Positions 37,480-47,011 of a stretch of DNA of 64,000 nt are shown one piece after another. Every line of letters starts with the position of its first letter. The stretch's first letter is position 1. A model generated the notes under the pieces. The model saw only the letters and a list, made by a program, of their open reading frames with translations. It was not told the origin of the DNA and did not search any database. The stretch comes from Heteronotia binoei. Its lineage: Eukaryota. The position numbers were made by a program, and so were the translations under genes. The stretch spans positions 35,278,001 through 35,342,000 of the forward strand of contig NC_083233.1 of NCBI RefSeq assembly GCF_032191835.1, written 5' to 3'.

Positions 37480-38350
37480 CACCTGGCCCTGGCTTTGTTC
37501 GCCTTCGTAGCAGACCGTGCACCGGACAGAGCAGGCACCCCCCCCCTTGCACTAGGCCATGCGCACCAATGGACGCACTATTTAAATAAATATTTTCGAA
37601 GTCTTGGAAGGCTTTACGTTAGTGCAAAAAATCCTTACACCTCATAATCCCCGGGGATCTCGTGCCCCTGGAAAATAGGCCTGCATGCCTCAGTGTCACC
37701 ACCCCCAGCCCCATCGGCCTCCTCGCACTCCACCCCCAGGCAATGCAGGAACCCCTCTCTCACCTGGCCCATAGAACTTCCTGCCGCGGCTCACGTCGAA
37801 GACTTTCCCGTTGATGGCCATCAGGATGCGGGGGTTCTGGATGCCGTCATAGGGGCTCAGTTCGGCCAGCGTGAAGTCGCGACGCTTGAGCTTGGGCAGC
37901 GGAGCGGGCTCTTCCTCGCCGTCGGTCTGGGCCCGAGGCCGGTCGCCCCGGACGATCTGGTAGAGGAGGAACAGGCAGAGGCCCAGCAGGCTGAGGTTGA
38001 GCGGGGAGCTCACGATCTCCATCAGCAGCCCCGGGCTGCTCGCCTCGGCCGTCTCGCTGGCGACGTCTTCTTGCGCCATGATGGCTTTGCTGCTAGAAAG
38101 CCCAGTCCTTGCTCGATAGGTTCCTGTCCAAGAGTCCAGGCCGAGCAACGCTACGAAGGAGGGAGGCGCTGCGGGGCGGAAGATGGAAGTGGGTGGGGCG
38201 AAGACAGGAGGGGGCGGGGGCAGAGCTGGAATCTCTGCTTTTCCCGCCGCCGGTAAGTCCAGTTTGCATAGCAAGGGAGGTGGTTTTGGTGGGTGCTTGG
38301 GCGAATTAACGCGCCCAGAATAACCAGCAGTGCTGCTGCGAGTGGCGCCT
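37480..38350. promoter_or_regulatory. CpG island / promoter of PGRMC1
   Basis: CpG-rich, with GC boxes ggggcgg and an ETS/YY1-like gcggaagatgg at about 38177. Boundaries approximate. Confidence 0.75.
37764..38079 (-). CDS. PGRMC1: PGRMC1 coding exon 1 (316 nt); full protein 191 aa
   Basis: [10 protein letters not shown]...[25 protein letters not shown] (TM)...[15 protein letters not shown]...[21 protein letters not shown] (cytochrome b5-like MAPR domain with the haem-ligand Tyr); donor CAG|gtgaga. Confidence 0.97.
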
Positions 38351-38937
38351 GTACGTTTCTTGATTACATTTGAATTTGACATAATTACGTCTCATCCTGT
38401 ATTAATATTTCCAGCATTTCGTGGACCTATTTGCAATTGTTTTCTTTGGCAATCTCCTGTTTGCATGTGATGACGTGGGCACCGATTCACGAACGCTTAG
38501 AATATCCAGGTGGGTAGCCGTGTTGGTCTGAAGCAGCAGAACAAAGTTTGAGTCCAGTGGCAGCACCTTTAAAACAAACAAAGTTTTATTCAAGTTATTT
38601 TAAGGTGCCTGCCACTTGGCTCAAACTTTGTTCGGCTTAGAAGAACACGCTGCGTTTCTCTACCTTATGGGGTGTCAAAATGGCTTACAATCGCCTTTCC
38701 TATGTTCCCCCGCAACCAGCACCTTTGGGGCTGAGAGGGTTCTGAGAGGACTGTGACTGGCCCAAGGTCACCCAGCAGGCTTCATGTGGAGGAGTGGTTC
38801 TCCAGATCTGAGTCTGCTGCTCTTAACCTCTGCAGACTGCAGTACTCTGGAATAAATGCTTTTTTGAAGGTTGCCAACTTCCAGATTGTCAGGTACAATC
38901 AGAAAAGCAGGAGAGAGCTGTGCAGGAGCATGCAACA

Positions 38938-39404
38938 TGATACAAAACGCAACTCTATATAACGAAATAAACTATACCCACTATCAACAGGTAATTTCAA
39001 CTAACAACAGATAATTTCACTGAATAATAACATGTCAAACAGAATCAGTCTCTCTAGATAAATATCTTATGTGAAAAAGAGTAAGTCCAACCAGAATACC
39101 AAAGGACAAAATGAGTACTTACCTGGATGGGACACTAAATTTATGTGACTTTCTGACCTAAGGACTGCTCTGAGAAGGGACAATGTATTGAAAAATTTCT
39201 CCACCTAAGACTTCTTCACAGGAAGAAGGTTTTTTTCCTCATTTTGTCCTTTGGCATTCTGGTTGGAATTAACTGGACTTAATCTTTTTCACATAAGATA
39301 TTTTCCTAGAGACTGATATATATATTTTGATATGGTGATATTCGGTCAAATTACCTGTTATAATTGATAGTTCATTTCATTATATAGAGTTGTGTTTTGT
39401 ATCA
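38938..39404. repeat. Long imperfect inverted repeat (arms about 170 bp, spacer about 120 bp)
   Basis: tgatacaaaacgcaactctatata...ggacaaaatgag (38938-39116) pairs with ctcattttgtcc...tatatagagttgtgttttgtatca (39238-39404). Confidence 0.8.
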
Positions 39405-39748
39405 CGTGGCCAGAATTACAACTGATCTCCAGTCTATAGAAATCTGTTTCCCTGGAGAAAATGGCTGCTTTGGAAATCCATGGGAACATTTAAAAAAACA
39501 GTGGGGGAATATTTTAACCTTCCAGGACATTCAGTGGGTGGCCTAAAAGTAGCAGTTATTTCACAAAGGAATTCCAGAGAGATTAGAAAGAGAGACTGCT
39601 GAATTGCAACTGATAATGAAGCTCAAGACAATGCATCCACCCGGACTGAATTGAGACCTAGGTTTCCTGTCTCATTACCAATGCTGATTTCTCCATGCCT
39701 ATTGTCCCTTTTTGACTCTTCAAAATCTTGATGGTCTCTGAAGTGCCT

Positions 39749-40417
39749 TTGTTGTTGTTCAGTCGCACAGTCGAGTCTAACTCGTTGCGACCCCATGGAC
39801 AAGTCACGCCAGGCCCTCCTGTCTTCCACCATCCTTCGAAGTCCGCTCAAATTCATGTTAGTTACATCAGTAACGCTGTTCAGCCATCTCATCTTTTGCC
39901 GTTACTTTCCTCTTTTGCCTTTTGTCTTTCCCAGCATCAGGGTCTTCTCCAGTGAGTGCTCCCTTTTCATTTGGTGGCCAAAGTATTTGAGCTTCAGCTT
40001 CAGCATCTGACCTTCCAGGGAACAGTCTGGGTTGATTTCCCTTAGGACTGACTGATTTGATCTTCTTGCAGTCCAAGGGACTCTCAAGAGTCTTCTCCAA
40101 CACCACAGCTTGAAAGCATCTATTCTTCTGCGCCTAACCTTCCTTATGGTCCAACTCTTACAGCCATACATTACTACTGAGAATACCATCGCTTTGACTA
40201 TACGGGCTTTTGTTGGCAGGGTGATGTCTCTACTTTTTATTATACTGCCTAGGTTCACCATAGCTGTCCTTCCAAGGAGCAAACATCTTTTAATTTTATG
40301 GCTACAATCACCATTTGCAGTGATCTTGGATCCCAGGAATGTGAAGTCTGTCACTACTTCCATGTTTTCTCCTTCTATTTGCCAAGGAGTGATGGGACCG
40401 GATGCCATGATCTTAGT
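39749..40417 (-). mobile_element. 5'-truncated BovB (RTE-clade LINE) fragment
   Basis: ORF 39902-40408 MASGPITPWQIEGE...FLGSKITANGDCSHKIKRCLLLGR...WCWRRLLRVPWTARRSNQS...LKLKLKYFGH matches the BovB ORF C-terminus; 3' (aac)n tail at 39749. Confidence 0.92.
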
Positions 40418-40984
40418 GCTACTCGACTCAAAGCTGGTTGTCCTTCAGGTTTGGAATTCTTGGCTTTAAAAACAAAGGTAGAAAGCCATCTTGGTTTTAA
40501 TTTTAAAGCACTGAGCCTAAGGACAAGATTGTCTCTATCAAATGCTGAAATGAAGCATTATTAGCAGCAATGACTTTACTTTTCATTTTTAAATTCCACT
40601 TTTCTCCAAGGTTATCCAGTAAACAAATTTAATTGCCAACAAGGATTCAAACTCAGGTTTCTCCAGGTCTATACTTCTGACTCCTCGTGCAGCTGGAAGA
40701 TGATTAGGGCTGCCATATGCGTAATTTTGATTGATTAATCTTATGTTTGATGTCATTAATATGTACATTGGCCAGAGTCTTGCAGTAGCAGGGATTGGGT
40801 GATTCACAAGTCTAATAAATAGTAATAATAATACATGCTTTATCTGAAATCTTAGTTGTTAATTTGCATGCGAAAAAACAATAGTTTTGAAGCAAAAAGT
40901 GGCACTTATTTACACCCCCCCCCCTAATTATCCATGCATATACAACTGCTCTTAGGCCTGGTTCACACATGCAAGACAGAGGCC

Positions 40985-41201
40985 TAGGGTTGTCAACTCT
41001 AGGTTAGGGAAATCCCTGGATATTTGGGGGTAGAGCCTGGGGGGTAAGGTTTAGGGAGGGGAGAGACCTCAGCATGGTATAATACTATAAAGTCCACCCT
41101 CCAAAGCAGCCATTTCTTCCACATGAACTGATCTCTGTAGTCTGGTGATCTGTTGTAATTCTGGGAGATCTCCAGGCCCCACCTGCAGGTTGGCAACTGT
41201 A
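40985..41201 (+). mobile_element. Short hAT-type MITE (TAGGGTTG termini); related copies at about 33350-33550 and 39405-39480
   Basis: Left end tagggttgtcaac, right end gttggcaactgta. Confidence 0.7.
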
Positions 41202-41531
41202 GGCTGAAGGTGGTAGAAAGGATGGCACCATTTCAGACCATATTTTAGAATGCTCCCCTATGTTAAAAACAACAATAACAACTGCAAAGAGGGGGGGGAA
41301 AGCCCCCTACACAGCAGGAAGAGAGGAATCTGACTTGTCTTCTGTATTGGTTTTCTATTTTTCTGGATTCTTTTGTGGAGGAACAGCATTCAAAGCTGGA
41401 ATTTACCACCTGTGCTCTAGAGCAGTACAGTCTATTCTTACAATCTCATTCTGCTACATCTGTGAACCAGGTGGACTTATGCAAGAGAATGAAGAGGTGG
41501 ATCCTTGAGGTGTACCTGCTATCATTAATAT

Positions 41532-43523
41532 ATGGCATGCACAGCATTTCAAATGCTGAAAGCACTTCAGAGGTCTTTGCTACACTGCAGTATACAGTAT
41601 AAAGAAAAAAAGAGAGACTGTGGCCCCACAGAGTTTATTGTCCCAAATGGTCAGGGAGGGAAGAGGTCAGGATCACATCCAATTGATTACAACGTGTATG
41701 TGTGTGTGGATTGCACAATGTGTTCTAAGGAGATAGGAATTGGTCATGGTGGAGTGAATGATTTGAAAGTTCATAAGGACACTGACTCTCACAGGAGTGC
41801 GGCAAGCCAAGCTGGAACTTCAAAATCCATCACAAGTTTTTTTGCCTACCAAAAAGACACCGCTGCTCAGGCCAAAATTGCGGCTGCTGAACTAACCTGG
41901 GCATACCACACGAACAGGCATGCGTTATCATACCGGTCTCTTGATTGCGGTGTCAAATTGTGCAAAGTCACATTTTCCGATTCCGAGACTGTGACCAAGA
42001 TGACCTGTGGGAAAACAAAGGGCGCAGCTTTGATAAGCGATGTCTTGGCACCTTACTCTGTAGAACTGATTCTGTTAGATCTTGACACAGCACATTGTTT
42101 CTACAGCGTTTCCAGCGACGCATCAAATCATGGCAACAGGAAAATGTTCCCCCTATGCCTTAAATACTTCACTTTGAAGGACGGCATTTCAAATCGTCTT
42201 CTTGATTTCTATGAAGATGCCAATGAAACGGCAGAGAATGTCACACGAAGGATTTTGGATGTCTTGGCAAAATACCAGCTGGACTTAGCTCGTCTGTCTG
42301 CATACTCAGCAGACAGCGCGAATGTAAACTTTGGAAAATACCATTCTGTGTACACACTTCTGAGTAGAGGCCGTGAAGACATCGTGCCCGCCAGGTGCCC
42401 TGCACACATTGTGCACAATGCTGCCAAAAAAGGATGTGATATGCTCACCTGCGACATCGAGTCTCTCATACTGAAGGCTTTTGGTCATTTTTCTGTTTCT
42501 GCCAAACGCTCAGAGGAACTTCAGGAGATGTTTGATTTTTTGGAGATGGAGGGTGATCACCTGCTTCGACATGTACGCACAAGATGGCTATCTTTCTTGC
42601 CTGCCATAAACAAGATGTTGAAGTGTTGGCCAGCCGTTAAAGCGTACTTTCAAAAGCTGGGAGAGGACCACTGTCCTCCTCTGATATGGCGCCACATTGA
42701 CGATGAGTCTGGAGAAAAGGACTACAGTACATCGCAAACTTACATGATGTTTCTCCAGACCACTCTGACGCCTATTGAGGAGACTGTACTGATTCTGGAG
42801 CGGGATGCACTGACAGCACCTGAATTGTTTGAGGCCATGCTCAGGTTGCTAAACAGCCTTAAGCAATGCAAAGCTGACTCCTTTTTTGGAACGGAGACAG
42901 ATAAGGCGCTGCGCAAAATGCCACCTTCGAAGGCAAGGAAAGTGAAGCAGGACTTCCTCAAGTTCTTTGAAAGAACCACCACATATCTGGAAGAAAAGTT
43001 TGATTTCTCTGAGAAAAATCACCTGTGTGCTTTGACACCATTTTCTCTTTAAAAAACTGTGACTTATGACCACCTGCGGTGTGCTGCTGAGCAGCTGAAA
43101 ATGGAGAAAATAATAAACCTGGATCACCTATACAGTGAATACACTGATGCCAAGAGCCTGCTGGATGAGCAAGTGGCCTGTGTTGACCCAGAAATCACTG
43201 TGGATAAAAAGTGGGTGGCCATATTCTCTGAGATGGGAACTCGGTCTCAGAAGTGCGAAAACCTCTTACTTCTTGTAAGCAAGATCCTGAGTATCCCATG
43301 CTCAAACGCTTTTGTGGAGAGGGTATTCAGCCTCATGTCAGCTCACTGGACGGACACCAGGAATCGTTGTAGCATAGACCTGGTGAAAGCAGAGCTGCAA
43401 GTCAAATTGAATTTTAATATGGATTGTGATCAATTTTATCACTTTATTAAGGAGAAGAAAGATATCCTCAAGGCTTCAGGGAAATCAGAGAAGTATAAAT
43501 TCAGTAAAAAAGCGAAAGACTGA
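41532..43523 (+). pseudogene. hAT-superfamily DDE transposase interrupted by one in-frame TAA (43050-43052)
   Basis: ORFs 41532-43052 and 43059-43523 are in the same frame. They carry a BED-like CTMC...H...H, catalytic D in SSDASN, second D in SADSANVNFG, CPAH, RW in VRTRWL and the C-terminal SIPCSNAFVERVFS (catalytic E, hAT dimerisation domain). Recognisable transposase sequence begins at about 41712. Confidence 0.9.
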
Positions 43524-44768
43524 AACCTGTGTCGCTCCTTCCACACCACAGCCCTTCGTCCAGCGTGGGAGTCGGGATGGCCCACACCTGCGGGCCCACC
43601 GCCTGGGCCCACAGCACGCAAGTCCCATCCTACCAGCCGTGTTCTTTGTCCAGGGAGAAGTCGAGGTCCAAGAAGCTCCACTGTGCGGGCGTATGTTAAT
43701 GTAAGACCAGAATTTAATAGTAATTATAAAATGAATACAAAACAAAACTGGGGATTAGGGCTAATGGCGATACCCCCCCCCCCAAAAAAAAACGACACTA
43801 GGCAGCCACCTCCTGGGTGTGTTGGAAGAGCTGCCAAGATGCAAAGTAATTTTAAACTGCTGACAGTGTGTTTCTTTTTTTTCCAGATAAGCTCCATTCA
43901 GGAAACTAGCAACCACAGACAACAGTAGATCGCTTCCATCACACAACAGAAGGTAAGGAACAAATTGGCTGTGACTTGACAACTCGTTCCATCGCTTTAA
44001 TAATATGAAGAGAACTTGGTTTCCTTTCTCTTTTGCAATTTTTAGTATTTTAGTGACACCTGAACACCTTTTTCTTTTTGTGTGCTGCTTGGGGAGGACC
44101 TGCTTTTCTAGACCTGTATCCGCCTGCCTTCAGGCTGGGCTACGGGGCACAGACTGGCAGTGGTGGTTTTAGTTCTGATCTCAGTTTGATTGTAGATAAG
44201 GGTTGCTTTGTTGATCAAGACCCTTTGATATTGTGGACAGTCTTGTTGAAATGTTTGTGAGCACAAGCAGGTATCAAGGATAGTGGATTGTTTTCCTGTG
44301 AATCTGACTCAAGAGGGATTGCTGTTGGAGCCTTTTTTTCTTTAGCAGGGAACATCGTGAAGTTTCTCTTCTTTTTTAAAGTTGTATATTTTGGGGGTGG
44401 TAATATTTGGGGGAAATGACATCACAGGAAGTGCTGTCAAAGGAAGTGATGTCACTTCCTGCTTCCGGCAGGTGGCGTGGGGGAAATGATGTCACAGAAA
44501 GTGATGTCACTTCCTGCTTCCGGCAGGTGGCGCAGGGGAAATGATGTCACAGAAAGTGATGTCACTTCCTGCTTCCGGCAGGTGGCGCGGGGGAAATGAT
44601 GTCACAGGAAGTGATGTCACTTCCTGCTTCCGGCAGGTGGCATGATGTCACCGGAAGTGCCGTCACCGGAAGTGACGTCACTTCCTGTTTCCGGCGGCGC
44701 GCACGCACCCCTACCTCCCCCCCCCCCAAAGTGTCCCTGGCTGGCCTTCAGACATTATGGCCACCCTA
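41712..44768 (+). mobile_element. hAT DNA transposon lacking its left end
   Basis: Transposase, then subterminal repeats, then the terminus tggccacccta (reverse complement TAGGGTGGCCA) ending at 44768; flanks gtgtggat (41704-41711) and gtgtggaa (44769-44776). No matching left TIR seen. Confidence 0.65.
44409..44700. repeat. 55-bp tandem array (about 4 copies plus a variant)
   Basis: Unit ggggaaatgatgtcacagraagtgatgtcacttcctgcttccggcaggtggcgc; gaaatga starts at 44413, 44483, 44538 and 44593. Confidence 0.92.
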
Positions 44769-45059
44769 GTGTGGAAATTTGGGCTTGTTCTCAAGCCCCT
44801 CTGAAGGCAGCTCTGCATGTTTTCAGCCACAGGGACTTGTGTTACTGTCACTTTAAAACCAGACCCATGTTACAGAAAGTAGAGGACTTTTGCTCAGTTA
44901 AGACAGAGGAGGAGGAAGATGATAGGGAGAGCCATTTTGTCTGGTGTCTTAAATAAATGGCACCTAAAGCAACCTGCTTCAAATCTGATCTTTCAAATAA
45001 TGGTAGATTGGAATAGTGATTGTAGTGTAATGCAATGAATAGTAGAATCATGTAATATC

Positions 45060-45362
45060 TTACTTGGCTCCCAATAGGGGATCTTCTTCACATGTGCTTT
45101 GCATGTGTGGTGCAATGATGTCACCCAGAAATGATGTTGTTGCACCAGGCACATCATGGGGGGAAGTTCTAGCATTTTGGAAAAAACTGATTATCATAAA
45201 TTTTTTTCCAAATGCTAGAGCATCCCCCCACAACATGCTTGGCACGATAATGTCACTTCCAGGGGACATCAATAATGTCACTTCCAGGGCTCCCCCTGCC
45301 ACCGAGTTCCATGGCAGTGAGTTGGAAGCTCCGAAATCAGGGTCGAAAGGCTGGGAACCCTA
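45060..45362. mobile_element. Degenerate MITE with internal hairpin and TAGGGTT-type right terminus
   Basis: Ends ctgggaacccta (45351-45362); internal inverted repeat ggggggaagttctagcattttggaaaaaa / ttttttccaaatgctagagcatcccccc. Confidence 0.6.
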
Positions 45363-45936
45363 AATGTAACTTTGAATGGTAGATTGGAATGTATTTCTCT
45401 GATCTAGTGGCAAAGGAGACATAACATTGCACAACCAATTTCCCCAGAAAACGATGCTGTTAGTTATCTCCATGCTTGAGAGGAGATGGATGGAGTGTAA
45501 CAACAGGGTTTCAGTTATTTACTCTCAACATTCCACAATTAAGGGTGTGGAGAAACGCCATTTTGTTTGTGTTTAGCTGTCAGTTGGGTGGGGAGAGACT
45601 GTCAAACTCTAGGTAGACCTTGGCCTAGTCTCCGCATTCCCCCCTCCCCTCCTGTGTGTAACCAGTAATCTGAGGGCAGCTGCCTGGAGAGAACAGGAAG
45701 TCCATCAGGAGGGTGGGCCAGTTCTTGGGCAGGAACTGCAGTTTATATTAGTGTTTTTTGGGGTGGGAAAGTACAGTTGTTGGTTGGTGCTTGCAAGAGG
45801 AGGAGCTTGCTCCTAAGCCAAAGGTGGTGGCCATGTTGGAAAGTAAGTGCAGTCATCTCATTCAGAGAAGTAACTAAGGTACCTTGCCCTGCATACAATC
45901 CAGTTAGGGTATGAGTTTAAAGAGGGAGAGAGATGG

Positions 45937-47011
45937 CTTGTGAAATTATGTTAGTTGTTAAAGAGTTTATTAATCCAGCTACGGGGGAAATTATAACGCT
46001 CAAAACTCTTACAAACTGGTTCTAGACAATTAGTGTGTGCTGCTATTTGTGGATGTGGTCTGTAGTATGCTGGAATGACAATGAGAGCTCGAAAAGTTAG
46101 GGTGCTGGAGCATGTCAAGATTAGAGAGGGAGGTGGTTGAATCCCCTATGTTTGCGCATTTTAAGGAGACATGCTATTAATGATTTGAGTTTTTTTGTAT
46201 TATATAAATACCATTCTAAACAATTCATGAAGGAAGACATTACTAAAGTTCTATTACAACAAGAAACATATTGGATGTATAAGCTCCAGATAGAAACACC
46301 CAAAGGGTTAAATGCTAGTGTGGAATATTCATCCTTTCTTTGAATAGTAAGAGTTCTCTAAATTTGTAGTCATTGTGTAATTCAAGATAGTAGACTTGCT
46401 TTATAAAATGATATCACTTTAAGACAGGTGCTAAAAGGATCTATTTATTGAGCAGACATGGTATTTGGGTTAAAAGCCGGTTTGCAGAGACCTTGAAAGA
46501 TATGCATTGATTTTTGCCAGAAAATATGTAATCTGTGGGTGAATGTTTTATTGGAAAGAGGGTATGTAAAGCATAATAGTAATCTTGGATGTATGTTTTC
46601 CATTATTATGTTTTTTACATTGCAATAGCTCCACCTGGAATGATTGTTTACTAATGAGAGATTGCTCAAGGAAGAACACCAAAACTGTCTTGAAGTTCCG
46701 GAAAGGACAAGTTTGAGCCTCTGTGAAAAAGCTTCTCAGTGGACAGTTCTAGAACAGGAGGCGAACTTTGAACTATTTTTATTGAAGTTACATTGCTTAC
46801 AGTTAAAGAGCTTTGCAGCATGTGATTTAAAGAGATATTTAAAGAGACATTGACACAGAGTCCTGGAAGTCTGGCTATTGTAATTGTGATTTTTACATGA
46901 ATTTTGGCACTTCATTGTGATACTGTATTATTTTGATAAGAATATATTGTTTCATTGTGACTTGGTGCAATTTGTTTCTATTGCTATTTACACTGAAGTC
47001 TGTCAGAGTTC
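45937..47011 (+). mobile_element. 5'-truncated Penelope-like element: degenerate GIY-YIG endonuclease plus 3' region
   Basis: Frameshifted reading SRQLVCAAICGCGL*YAGMTMRARKVRVLEHVKIR...SPMFAHF...LLQQETYWMYKLQIETPKGLN...SFL* (stop at 46343) fits the Penelope GIY-YIG C-terminus. Confidence 0.8.

Noticed and set aside
44409-44700. Regularly spaced palindromic repeats resembling a CRISPR array
   Set aside because: The units are contiguous near-identical tandem copies with no unique spacers, there are no cas genes, and the DNA is vertebrate.
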